Part shown: positions 25,746-34,655 of the stretch, one piece after another
Layout of the letters: every line of letters starts with the position of its first letter
How positions within the stretch are numbered: the stretch's first letter is position 1
Notes under the pieces: model-generated
Databases searched by the model: none
Seen by the model: the letters and a program-made list of their open reading frames with translations, nothing else
Told to the model about the DNA's origin: nothing
Source: a virus
Virus genome (UHGV): UHGV-0219368
Strand: one strand, 5' to 3'
DNA: 34,655 bases
Translations under genes and position numbers: made by a program

Positions 25746-25948
25746 CGGAACTTTTATATCATCCTCATTTTAAGTACACGCCACAATATCGAGAAGCAGA
25801 ACTAAAAAGTTCGCTTCTTGAGAATGGGTGGACTTTAAACGAGATCGAAAACACAGATTTAAACGAGCTTTTGAAAATTTACGCATTTAAAGATGCTGTA
25901 GAAGAATTTGAAAATATCAAATATCTTGATGAAAATACTATGTTCTAA
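25395..25948 (+). CDS. tail assembly chaperone -1 frameshift product (GT-like). Slip at A AAA AAG (25736-25742); the -1 frame is open to TAA 25946-25948
   Basis: The -1 frame from 25742 reads VTELLYHPHFKYTPQYREAELKSSLLENGWTLNEIENTDLNELLKIYAFKDAVEEFENIKYLDENTMF* with no stops. The heptamer lies immediately before the zero-frame stop. Confidence 0.6.
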
Positions 25949-25965
25949 GAGGGAGGGGGTACTTT

Positions 25966-28911
25966 TTGAACAATGAAGACTTAGTCTTAAAAATGATACT
26001 GGATGAATCTGGCTTCTCACAAGGATTAAATTCAGCAGTAAAAAAGTTACAAGGCTTTGATGTTGAAGTTGATAGAACAGGACAAAAAGGTGGCCGATCT
26101 CTTGGGAGCATATGGACGTCGTTTGCTGGTAACTTTTTAGCCAGCGGAGCTACTAAAATTATCTCTAAAGGTATTGGATTGATTACCAGCAACATCGACG
26201 GGGCTATTAATCGTGTAGATACGTTAAACAACGCAAATCGCGTATTTGAAAATATGGGCTTTTCAGCTGGCGAAACATCAAAAACAATGGATAGCTTAAA
26301 GAAGAGCATCCAAGGGTTGCCTACGCCGTTAGATAGCGCTATTAAAGGTGTTCAATTAATCGCTTCGTCTACAAACGATTTAGGGAAGTCAGAACAGATT
26401 TTCGCAGCTTTAAATAACGGTATCCTCGGTTTTGGTGGTTCTGCTGAAATGGTAGAAAATGCTATTATCCAGCTGTCCCAATCGTTCTCAAATGGTAAAG
26501 TAGATGCGCAAACTTGGAATTCAATGATTAATAGTGGTTTAGGACCAGCATTAAACGCTTTAGCAAAACAGATGGGATTAACAGCTGGACAGATGAAAGC
26601 AGGGCTTTCTGATGGCTCAATTTCAGTTGAAGAATTTCAAGATGCTTTAATCAAATTAAATAAAGAAGGCGGTGGCGGTCTTAAATCATTAGAACAGATT
26701 GCTAAAGATTCTACCGCTGGTATTAAAACAGGTTTAGCTAACATGAAGACTGCAATCGTCCGTGGTGTGGCCAACGTTGTAACTAAAATTGACGAAGGCT
26801 TAAAAAGTGCGGGCTTTGGAAGTATTAGTGAAATCATCGCTGATAAAGGGGCAAAGATGGAAGCAGCTTTATCTAAGTTTGCTGAAATGATTCCACCAAT
26901 GATAAAAACAGTCAAAGAGTTATATGATACCTTGGAACCTTTTGCGCCTGTACTTGCAGGCCTTGCTGGAAGTATCGGTACCATGATGACAATCAACAAG
27001 GTAAATAGCTTAGTAGAAGATGCAGTAAAAGGATATAAAAATTGGCGTGCCGCTACTGAGGGAGTTACAACAGCTCAAAAAATTCTAAATACTGTGATGA
27101 AAGCAAATTGGATCGGCATCATTGTTTCTGCAATCGTTGGTTTGATTGTTTACATTGGTTATCTGTGGAAAACTAATGAAAACTTTAGAGAAGCGGTTAA
27201 AAATATTTGGAAAAATATACAAGAATTTATTTCTAGTGCTGCAGAAACGGTTGTGAAAGCTTGGGATTCCACAATGGAATTTTTCAGTAACATGTGGGAT
27301 GGCACAAAAGAGGCTTTTTCGAATGCTGGCACATGGATGAAAGAAGCACCTGGAAATGCAGCCGACTGGGTTAAAAATAAGTGGAACGGTACTAAGGAAT
27401 TTTTCAGTGGACTTTGGAATTCAACAAAAGAAGGCTCAAAAAATACATGGGAAAATATTAAACAAAGTGCTGCTGACAGTGCTAAAAGTGTTGGAGAAAG
27501 TTTTAAAAATGGCTTTGATAATGTGAAAGATTGGTTTAAGGGTGTTGGAAAATCAATATCAGATGTTTTCACAACAGCATTTGATTTTGTCTGGAAATAT
27601 ATTGGTCCATATGTAACAGGAATCAAAAATGCGTTTAAAATGGTTGTTAACGCTATGAAAGCGAACATTGAAAATGTCAAAATGATCGCTGAAAATGTCG
27701 TCACCATTCTAAAAAATGTTCTATTAGCTCCAATTCTTTTCATTACATCAATGATCACAGGTGGATGGGAAGAGGCAAAAGAAAACATGATTGCCGTTTG
27801 GGATAATATTGCTGAAGCTGCTCAGACTATTTGGTTCGGGATTAAAAATATCTTTTATAACACTGTTACAGCTATTTCCTATTCAGTCACTTCTATTTTT
27901 AATGGATTGATGTTGACAATTAAAAAGATTTGGATTGATGTGAAGTTATTTTTCACCTTACTCTGGATTGACATTAAATATGGAGCGATCAACGTTTGGA
28001 TTGAAATTAAATATTCTATCATCGAAACGTGGATAAATATTAAATTTGAAGCAATTAGAATATGGGAAAGTTTGAAAACTTGGTTCTTTGAAACAGTAGA
28101 AAACATTAAAAATGGTGTAATTGATGGTTGGAATAACTTAAAACAAGGCACAGTTGATACATTTAACGCAACTGTTCAATGGTCAAAAGATACCTGGAAT
28201 AATTTTAAACAGTGGATTGTTGATCTTGTGACAGGTATAAAAGACGGCATCATTAACGGTTGGGAAAACTTAAAACAGGGAACAATTAATATTTTCAACA
28301 ATTTGGTACAAGGTGCTAAAAATGCGTGGAATAATCTTAAAAGAAGCGTTAGTGATACAGTTGAAAATGTGAAGCAAACCTTTAATGATATGCGCCATAT
28401 CGATTTATTTGAAATTGGTAAAAATATTATCCAAGGATTAGTTAACGGTATTGGTTCAATGATTGGTGCTGTGAATAAAAAAATTAAAGAAGTTGCTGGT
28501 AATATTAAAGAAAAAATCAAAGGTGCTTTAGGCATTCATTCACCTTCAAGATGGATGCGGGATATGATTGGTAAAAATATTGTATTAGGTGTTGTAGCTG
28601 GTATTGACCAAGAAAAAGGAACGCTTGACAAATCAGTGAAAAAAATGACCGATTTACCAACAGAGTTACCAAATTTTTCTACTACTGGCAGATATATCAA
28701 CCAACAAGGAGCTCAAACAGAAAGCTTAGCTAAAAATAAAGGTAATGCTACGACTAATATTGGCGGTGATACTTTCAATATCAATATACAAGCTATGGGA
28801 AAATTAAATGAAAAACAATTAATGGATATGGCTAAAGACCTCGTTAAGTATATTCAAATTGTTAAAAATAGAGATAGTGATGCAACTGGGGGTGCTTTTG
28901 GTGGAATTTAA
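25966..28911 (+). CDS. tail tape measure protein (981 aa)
   Basis: TTG start after GAGGGAGGGGG. Size. Internal TM segment and repeated W/N/K-rich motifs (…WNNLKQG…WENLKQG…). Confidence 0.85.
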   Translation: MNNEDLVLKMILDESGFSQGLNSAVKKLQGFDVEVDRTGQKGGRSLGSIWTSFAGNFLASGATKIISKGIGLITSNIDGAINRVDTLNNANRVFENMGFSAGETSKTMDSLKKSIQGLPTPLDSAIKGVQLIASSTNDLGKSEQIFAALNNGILGFGGSAEMVENAIIQLSQSFSNGKVDAQTWNSMINSGLGPALNALAKQMGLTAGQMKAGLSDGSISVEEFQDALIKLNKEGGGGLKSLEQIAKDSTAGIKTGLANMKTAIVRGVANVVTKIDEGLKSAGFGSISEIIADKGAKMEAALSKFAEMIPPMIKTVKELYDTLEPFAPVLAGLAGSIGTMMTINKVNSLVEDAVKGYKNWRAATEGVTTAQKILNTVMKANWIGIIVSAIVGLIVYIGYLWKTNENFREAVKNIWKNIQEFISSAAETVVKAWDSTMEFFSNMWDGTKEAFSNAGTWMKEAPGNAADWVKNKWNGTKEFFSGLWNSTKEGSKNTWENIKQSAADSAKSVGESFKNGFDNVKDWFKGVGKSISDVFTTAFDFVWKYIGPYVTGIKNAFKMVVNAMKANIENVKMIAENVVTILKNVLLAPILFITSMITGGWEEAKENMIAVWDNIAEAAQTIWFGIKNIFYNTVTAISYSVTSIFNGLMLTIKKIWIDVKLFFTLLWIDIKYGAINVWIEIKYSIIETWINIKFEAIRIWESLKTWFFETVENIKNGVIDGWNNLKQGTVDTFNATVQWSKDTWNNFKQWIVDLVTGIKDGIINGWENLKQGTINIFNNLVQGAKNAWNNLKRSVSDTVENVKQTFNDMRHIDLFEIGKNIIQGLVNGIGSMIGAVNKKIKEVAGNIKEKIKGALGIHSPSRWMRDMIGKNIVLGVVAGIDQEKGTLDKSVKKMTDLPTELPNFSTTGRYINQQGAQTESLAKNKGNATTNIGGDTFNINIQAMGKLNEKQLMDMAKDLVKYIQIVKNRDSDATGGAFGGI

Positions 28912-29635
28912 AAGAGGACAGTTTTTTCTTAATGGAAAACATAGTTCTGAATTCAATGTATTTATGAGAGAAAGACCTGAACGACTTTCTGCAGGACGTG
29001 TGGTAGAGCTTAGGGAGCGAATGGGTAATGATTCAATAGCCGTTGATTTTGCATATTATAAAAATGTAGAACGTACCATTACATGCTATGCGAAAGCAAA
29101 TACTTTACAAGAAGTTTCTTTTTTAGAAGATGAAATTTCTTTTTGGCTCGATATGGGAAACTATTCTGATTTTATTGTCTATTTTGATGAGCATTATATT
29201 TATCAGGCGATTGTAACGAGTCCACCAAAATTTACAGGAACAAGAAAAAGCGGGTTTTTAATTCCTTTTGAATTTACTGTAAGTATCCGACCTTTTAAGA
29301 AAAATCGTATTGGCCAATATTGGATAAGTAATCCTAATCAGTTAATCAATACAGAAAAATATCCTTCAGAACCCATTATTCAGATTTTGGGGTCTGGGGA
29401 TATTTCTTTTTTTATCAATAATCAATCATATTCATTAAAAGCAATTAACGGTGACATCATTATAGATTCAGAAAAACAAGAAGCTTATAGAAAATCAGGC
29501 GGAGCATTTGAAATCTTGGATCATAAAACACTTTTTAAAGATTATCCGATTTTAAAATGTGGAGAGAATAATTTTCGCTGGACTGGTAAAGTAACAGAGT
29601 TTAAGGTTCAGCCGAATTGGAGGCGAAAGGTTTGA
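28898..29635 (+). CDS. distal tail protein (Dit)
   Basis: Track ORF 28859..29635. The likely start is TTG 28898 or GTG 28901 (GGGGGTG RBS), overlapping the tape-measure stop. Position after the tape measure. Confidence 0.6.
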   Translation: MVEFKRGQFFLNGKHSSEFNVFMRERPERLSAGRVVELRERMGNDSIAVDFAYYKNVERTITCYAKANTLQEVSFLEDEISFWLDMGNYSDFIVYFDEHYIYQAIVTSPPKFTGTRKSGFLIPFEFTVSIRPFKKNRIGQYWISNPNQLINTEKYPSEPIIQILGSGDISFFINNQSYSLKAINGDIIIDSEKQEAYRKSGGAFEILDHKTLFKDYPILKCGENNFRWTGKVTEFKVQPNWRRKV

Positions 29636-32427
29636 TTCCAGTTATTTTTAAACCTGGAGAAAAAGATTTTTCAACAAATGGATTAGGACGTCTTGTTGAT
29701 GCGACACGTTGCGAAATCACTGAAGAAGCAAACGGAAAATATGAACTAGAAATGGACTATCCAGCGATTAGCAGATTTAGTGATTATTTCGAAAATGGCT
29801 ATCAAATTAAAGCAAAGCCAAATGACTTAGAAGAATACCACATTTTTGAGATCAAACAAACGTTTAAAGATACTTTTACTAATAGCATTGTTATTTATGC
29901 CCAATCTCGTACTTATAAGCTAGGAAACAGACAAGTGAGGCTAGTAACAGTTGATAATTGTAATGGTGCAGAAGCAATGAAATTAATCGAACAGAACATG
30001 GACGAACCTTGTGATATCAAACTATATTCTGATATAAATACAGCTTCTAGCACTACATTTGAAGCTAGAAATGTATTGAATTGTATTGCAGGGGAACAAG
30101 GTTCTCTACTTCAATACTGGGGCGGAGAAATAAAACGAGAGCCTTTTAAATTATCTTTGCTAAGGCGTAGAGGACGAGATAACGTTGGAACTGTTCGTTA
30201 TGGTAAAGATTTAAAAGGATTAACCATTAAATTTGATTGGCAATCAATTGTTACTAAAGTTTTGCCATTTGCAGAGCTTCAAAGTGGAGCAGACGGAACT
30301 TCTCAACGGATTTATGGAAATGCAGTTAAAAGCGAATATATCAGTAAGTATCCTGATGTTTACGCTCAATACATTCAGTTTACTGAAGATCAAGGAGTAA
30401 AAGATATAGCTAGCTTAAATAAAGTGGCAAGTAAATACTTCACTACATTATATCCAGGAAGTGATAAGCCTAAAGTTTCTATTGAATTAGAAATTGAGAA
30501 ACTTACAGATTCAGAAGAAGCAAAAGAATTTGCTAAGATGCGTAACTATAATTTATTCGATACATTCACTGTATACCACAAGCTTTATGATATTGACATT
30601 CAAACGAAAGTTACAGGAATTGTCTATGATGCTTTAGCAGAAAAAACAATAAAAATCACTGCGGGAGATATCCAAGTTGCTTTTTATAAACAGCAAAGCC
30701 AAGAATTTCAAGAAGCTATAAAAACATTGACAAAAAAAGAGTATATGAGTGATTTTGTAGATTATATTACTAATTTGATTAACGGTGTTGAAGGTGGAAG
30801 TATACTTCAATATCCTAAAAATCGACCTAATACCCATTATTACTTAGATACGGAATCCACGGATACTGCAAAAGATGTGATTGCAATTAATAACAAAGGA
30901 ATTGGATTCTCAAGAACTGGTTGGAAAGGTCCATTTAAAAATGCGTGGGGAATTAATGGAGTATTGAATGCGGACTTTATAGGAGCTGGCAAAATAAAAT
31001 CTAATATTTTTGAAACATCATTTAATAGCTGTGGAGATATTTTACGTATGGTAAACGGTACTTTACAAGCTTGGAATAATAAGAAAAAAATCATGGAATT
31101 AACTAAAAAAGGGATGGAGTTTTGGAATGGTAATAGTCACGTTGGCACGATGGGAACAAAGGGAAATCCTTTTCCTGATTTAAGAGATGAAAACGGAAAT
31201 CCAGTTATAAAAGATGGTAACTCACTTCTCATAACTGGTGATGATCCAAAGACCAACGTTATTGGTTTTTCTAATAAAAAAGGTACTGGAATAGCTATTG
31301 CAGGGGGACAGCAATTTCATTTGGGAAATGATTTTTATTTTATTGGAATAGATGGTCAGGATAGTACGATTCACGCTAAAAAGTTATTTTTAAATGGCAA
31401 AGAAGTTATACCTGGTCAAAATGGTGGTGGCGGTTCTGGAGCTGGTACAGGTGGTTATCCATCCGAAGTTACAAGCGATGCAGATAAATTTGCTTGGGAC
31501 TTATGGAGTTACCTATTAGCTAACGGATACAGCAAAGCAGCTGCTGCAGGTATCCTTGGAAATGTACAAGGAGAAGTTGGTCCAAGTATGAACCCAGATA
31601 CCGAGCAAATAGGCGGTCCAGCTTACGGATGGGTTCAATGGGATGGTTCAGCGTATCCATTGGTAGGCGCCCCAACTTGGAATGGTCGAGAATATGTACA
31701 ACGCTTAATCGCAGCTGCAGGTATCAAACAAGACTATAGGACGTCATTAGCTCAAGCTCAATTAATTAATTGGTGTATGTTCAATGGGCAATGGTTAGGA
31801 CAAGTAAGTCCATTAACAGTTGATGAATTTAAAGTTGTTAGCTCGCCTAAAACCGCTGCTTATGCGTTTGAATTAAACTTTGAACGTCCAGCTGCAGCGC
31901 ACCCAGAAAGACAAACCTATGCACAAGCATGGTATGACAAATTCAAAGATTTGAAAGCTTCTACTGCAACAGGAAAAGCTGGGATAGAACATTTGGAGAC
32001 CTTAATGGGCAAATGGCTTGGTAATGGGCAATGTTATGCCGTTCCAGCCGAATATTCTGGTTTTATGGGCGGCTGTGGTTTAGGCGCAGGAACAATTTAT
32101 GGCTTTTCGCATGTAATTGGTGATACATCATCTGCTGCAGATATTGGTGAAGCATATGACTGGAATGCGGTAGGTTGGCGAGTAATCCAAAATCCAACGT
32201 ATCAAGATTTAGTTGTAGGAGCGATTGTCAATATTAAACGAGGTGGCCAATGGGGAACAGGTTGGACAGTAGACCCAACATATGGACACACGGGCGTGAT
32301 TTACGGATTAAGTAACGGACGTATCCAAACCATAGAACAGAACGCCGAGCAAGGGCAAATTGTTGCAAAATATGATCGATTATATTTTGCTAATTCGATT
32401 CAATCGATTGTTATTCCACCAAAATAA
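29632..32427 (+). CDS. tail-associated lysin (Tal): N-terminal tail-tip domain, glycine linker, lysozyme/glucosaminidase-like domain and C-terminal CHAP peptidase
   Basis: Track ORF 29617..32427. GGAGG at 29619-29623 supports TTG 29632 (LIPVIFKPGEKDFSTNGLGRL, the typical Tal N-terminus). The glycine linker is GQNGGGGSGAGTGG. CHAP Cys (GNGQCYAVPAEY) and His (YGHTGVIYG). Confidence 0.75.
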   Translation: MIPVIFKPGEKDFSTNGLGRLVDATRCEITEEANGKYELEMDYPAISRFSDYFENGYQIKAKPNDLEEYHIFEIKQTFKDTFTNSIVIYAQSRTYKLGNRQVRLVTVDNCNGAEAMKLIEQNMDEPCDIKLYSDINTASSTTFEARNVLNCIAGEQGSLLQYWGGEIKREPFKLSLLRRRGRDNVGTVRYGKDLKGLTIKFDWQSIVTKVLPFAELQSGADGTSQRIYGNAVKSEYISKYPDVYAQYIQFTEDQGVKDIASLNKVASKYFTTLYPGSDKPKVSIELEIEKLTDSEEAKEFAKMRNYNLFDTFTVYHKLYDIDIQTKVTGIVYDALAEKTIKITAGDIQVAFYKQQSQEFQEAIKTLTKKEYMSDFVDYITNLINGVEGGSILQYPKNRPNTHYYLDTESTDTAKDVIAINNKGIGFSRTGWKGPFKNAWGINGVLNADFIGAGKIKSNIFETSFNSCGDILRMVNGTLQAWNNKKKIMELTKKGMEFWNGNSHVGTMGTKGNPFPDLRDENGNPVIKDGNSLLITGDDPKTNVIGFSNKKGTGIAIAGGQQFHLGNDFYFIGIDGQDSTIHAKKLFLNGKEVIPGQNGGGGSGAGTGGYPSEVTSDADKFAWDLWSYLLANGYSKAAAAGILGNVQGEVGPSMNPDTEQIGGPAYGWVQWDGSAYPLVGAPTWNGREYVQRLIAAAGIKQDYRTSLAQAQLINWCMFNGQWLGQVSPLTVDEFKVVSSPKTAAYAFELNFERPAAAHPERQTYAQAWYDKFKDLKASTATGKAGIEHLETLMGKWLGNGQCYAVPAEYSGFMGGCGLGAGTIYGFSHVIGDTSSAADIGEAYDWNAVGWRVIQNPTYQDLVVGAIVNIKRGGQWGTGWTVDPTYGHTGVIYGLSNGRIQTIEQNAEQGQIVAKYDRLYFANSIQSIVIPPK

Positions 32428-32445
32428 CGAAAGGAGGATTTTTCA

Positions 32446-33327
32446 ATGGTTAAATGGCAAGCAACGTTAAGTACAACCGAACCTTACAACTATGTCGGTA
32501 TTATTAATGTGCGTCAAGGGAATAAGAACACAGAAGTCTTAGAAGTAACTATTACAGAAAATTCTTTGCTGTCAGATTTAACAGACGGTAAAGTTTTTTT
32601 TGAATCGCATATTGATAATAAATTTCCTATTCAACGACCAACAAAAATCATAGATGCTAAAAAAGGGATTATTCAGTATACGTTTGATGAATATTCTATG
32701 CAGTCGTTACACAGACAAGAAGCTTATTTTAGTATTTATAAAGGCGACGATTTAATCGGCACAACGCAGAATTTTTCTTATTTTGTAATAAATGCTGCTT
32801 CTAAAACAGAGGGCGAAATGGGTTCTTATTGGCAGTCCATCGAAGATTTAATCGCAGACATGACCGCCTTTATCAACGAAAATAAGGGCGATTTTACTGA
32901 TTGGATGAATGCCAGAAAAGATGAGTTCGAAGCGTGGCGAGATGCGCAAAAAACAGATTTCACTTCATGGTTCGAATCAATCAAAGATATTTTAAAAACG
33001 ATTGATCCTGGCGGTACGATGTTAGCCGAGCTAATGGATGCACGTGTAGACATTCAAGGAGTGCGCCACAATTCGATTTCTGAACGTTTATTGGCAGATA
33101 TGGAATATTTGTATCAGAAATTAGAAAAACGTTTGTATGCGTTAGAATATGGCGAAATAAGTGACTTGATTATTTTACAAGATGATGCTTTCTCGCTGAA
33201 TCATGAAACAGAAATTGTTGGAACAGTTGATTATCCTGCGATTGATGGGGCATTGGTTATCGCAACAGTTGATGATACAAAACAGAACGCTTATGTGTTT
33301 GAAAAAGTGGGTGAAATAAGTGGTTAA
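32446..33327 (+). CDS. tail/baseplate protein (putative upper-baseplate or fibre module); ends ...YVFEKVGEISG
   Basis: Position after Tal. RBS AAAGGAGG. Confidence 0.5.
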   Translation: MVKWQATLSTTEPYNYVGIINVRQGNKNTEVLEVTITENSLLSDLTDGKVFFESHIDNKFPIQRPTKIIDAKKGIIQYTFDEYSMQSLHRQEAYFSIYKGDDLIGTTQNFSYFVINAASKTEGEMGSYWQSIEDLIADMTAFINENKGDFTDWMNARKDEFEAWRDAQKTDFTSWFESIKDILKTIDPGGTMLAELMDARVDIQGVRHNSISERLLADMEYLYQKLEKRLYALEYGEISDLIILQDDAFSLNHETEIVGTVDYPAIDGALVIATVDDTKQNAYVFEKVGEISG

Positions 33328-33916
33328 AGTAAAACGAATGATGGAAACCGAAGAAAATGGCGTGGAACGTCAGTTTTATCCTATTACACATGCATCCGCT
33401 GTTCGAGGATTAGAAAAAATTATTGCGGGTCAATCAAAAGTATTATCTGTTAATGGATACACTGGGGCAGTAATTATCACTAAAGCAGATTTAGGCTTAG
33501 AAAATGCACTGACAGAACTTCCTTATGCGACAGAAGAAACAGACGGTATTATCACTGCTGAAATGTTTCAACGATTGTCAAATGGCGAGGGAGGCGTTTA
33601 TATTCTTCCAATCGCTACCACAGACGAACTGGGCGGAATAAAGGTTGGCCAACTGTTAGAAATTGCAGAAGACGGAACGTTGTCTGCGGTAAAGCAAACA
33701 GATCAAAATTTTACCACTGAACTAAAAGCAAAACTGGAAGAGTTGAAAGGTTATACCGCTGGAGCGAATATCTCTATTTCAGAAGATGGGGTTATTTCAG
33801 CAACTGGTGGTGGCGATGGCGGCGGAGTGAATCAACAATATGTTGACCAAAAAGTTCAAGAAGCCATTGACAGAATACCTGATATTACGTTTGAGAAAGT
33901 AGGCGAAGTACAATGA
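33320..33916 (+). CDS. tail fibre module protein; ends ...ITFEKVGEVQ; stop overlaps the next ATG (caATGA)
   Basis: Track ORF. G-rich segment GGGDGGG. Its N- and C-terminal motifs are shared with the neighbouring genes. Confidence 0.55.
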   Translation: MVKVKRMMETEENGVERQFYPITHASAVRGLEKIIAGQSKVLSVNGYTGAVIITKADLGLENALTELPYATEETDGIITAEMFQRLSNGEGGVYILPIATTDELGGIKVGQLLEIAEDGTLSAVKQTDQNFTTELKAKLEELKGYTAGANISISEDGVISATGGGDGGGVNQQYVDQKVQEAIDRIPDITFEKVGEVQ

Positions 33917-34200
33917 CAGATATTGTTAAATTAAAACAAGGAGGAATACCGGTATTTCCTCAAACACATTGGAATGCTGTGGAAGGGAAACCAGAAGTAT
34001 TAAAAGGTGAAAAGGGAGACCCAGGTCCACAAGGTCCAAAAGGAGATAAAGGAGACGTTGGTCCGCAAGGTCCAGCAGGGCAAAACGCAACAACGACAGA
34101 CGTTGCAACCTCAATAAAAAATGGCTTGATGTCTAAAGAAGATAAAACAAAACTAGATGGATTGCCAGCAATTACGTTTGAAAAGGTAGGGGAAGTGTAA
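33913..34200 (+). CDS. collagen-like (G-X-Y repeat) tail fibre protein, 95 aa; ends ...ITFEKVGEV
   Basis: GEKGDPGPQGPKGDKGDVGPQGPAGQ, about 9 G-X-Y triplets. Flanked by ~50-bp direct repeats. Confidence 0.6.
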   Translation: MTDIVKLKQGGIPVFPQTHWNAVEGKPEVLKGEKGDPGPQGPKGDKGDVGPQGPAGQNATTTDVATSIKNGLMSKEDKTKLDGLPAITFEKVGEV

Positions 34201-34655
34201 TGACAACAGATATTGTTCAATTAAAAGAAAAAGGAAAGTTTAAATATCTGAAAACACACGTTAATGCAGTTGATGGGCTTGAATCGTATCTAAAGAAAAT
34301 AGATGCGGACAAAGCATATCAAAAAATCACCAAAAAAGAACCGTTGTGGACGGGCGCTTGGTATGGTGCGGCTGCAGGAAGTGGTCAAGTACCTTCTAAG
34401 TCTCTATCACAGTGTGAGAATGGTTGGATTTTGCAATGGCAAGAATATACCAAAGAAGGAACTTTGAACGGCGCATGTTATCACTTTTTCGTTATTCCTA
34501 AACAGCATGCACAGAACCCAGGTTCTGGAGGCGTTATTTTCCTATTACATGGATACTATACTAATTTAGTACGGAAATATTTATATATTAAGGATACTAA
34601 AATTACAGGTAATGATATGAATGCCTCTTCTAGTGATACGGCTGGTTCAGGCAGT
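34200..34655 (+). CDS. tail fibre / receptor-binding protein, N-terminal part (runs off the window)
   Basis: ATG 34200 overlaps the upstream TAA (taATGa). The N-terminus MTTDIVQLKEKGKFKYLKTHVNAVDG parallels MTDIVKLKQGGIPVFPQTHWNAVEG of the previous gene. Confidence 0.5.
   Translation, partial: MTTDIVQLKEKGKFKYLKTHVNAVDGLESYLKKIDADKAYQKITKKEPLWTGAWYGAAAGSGQVPSKSLSQCENGWILQWQEYTKEGTLNGACYHFFVIPKQHAQNPGSGGVIFLLHGYYTNLVRKYLYIKDTKITGNDMNASSSDTAGSGS

Noticed and set aside
1317-34220. All minus-strand ORFs in the track (e.g. 1317..1520, 2422..2715, 4815..5066, 6158..6409, 6446..6820, 7342..7548, 7787..7984, 7971..8201, 14259..14483, 17122..17307, 20275..20598, 21209..21469, 23894..24100, 25938..26309, 26637..26999, 27159..27788, 27879..28151, 28176..28535, 30634..30837, 30840..31094, 32826..33053, 33926..34114, 33960..34220)
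   Set aside because: Each lies antisense inside a well-supported + strand gene. They have no RBS and low-complexity, F/L/S-rich translations typical of shadow ORFs in AT-rich DNA.
1-34655. Search for CRISPR arrays, an integrase/recombinase, a CI/Cro repressor pair, an IS transposase, and rRNA
   Set aside because: No regularly spaced repeat array was found. No ORF has tyrosine or serine recombinase, DDE, or paired-HTH repressor hallmarks. No rRNA-like sequence was seen.

Overview
The whole window reads as one phage genome segment from a low-GC Firmicute host; the amidase endolysin with an internal start and the ArpU-type late regulator suggest an Enterococcus-type siphovirus (a guess from sequence only). 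Every credible CDS is on the + strand, and no integrase, repressor/Cro pair or host-like gene is visible. It therefore looks like a virulent, or at least lysogeny-module-free, phage, or a circularly permuted assembly of one, rather than a classical integrated prophage.

Layout along the window:
- 1-1835: end of the late operon. Two small late proteins, one of them a 45-aa XkdX-family protein, then a class-I holin and an amidase_2 endolysin.
- 1897-2173: three tandem rho-independent terminators.
- 2175-2339: a sigma-A-like promoter followed by tRNA(CAU) Met/Ile2.
- 2414-10346: early operon. It includes an ERF-family single-strand annealing protein, a frameshifted Cys/His-rich gene, a replisome organiser with internal iterons (candidate ori), a frameshifted RusA, and many small acidic ORFs.
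- 10661-11077: ArpU-family late regulator.
- 11081-11527: a structured non-coding region with three 11-bp-phased TTGGCGG repeats, then a tRNA-Trp(CCA)-like gene.
- 11586-14958: an AT-rich three-gene cassette with its own terminators and consensus promoters. It encodes a 307-aa soluble protein, a 156-aa four-TM protein and a 270-aa N-terminally anchored protein, and sits in the classic moron slot in front of terS.
- 14959-25342: small Zn-ribbon protein, terS, terL, portal, a 634-aa MuF-like head protein with an extra C-terminal HEIGH (HExxH) domain followed by two small ORFs, scaffold, major capsid, head-tail proteins and a major tail protein with a Big_2 domain.
- 25395-34655: tail chaperone with a -1 programmed frameshift at A AAA AAG, tape measure, Dit, Tal (lysozyme-like plus CHAP), and tail-fibre genes with collagen-like repeats and repeated junction modules.

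The most interesting candidates are the AT-rich membrane-protein cassette (possible superinfection-exclusion, abortive-infection or anti-defence system of unknown type) and the MuF-metallopeptidase fusion with a possible immunity gene.
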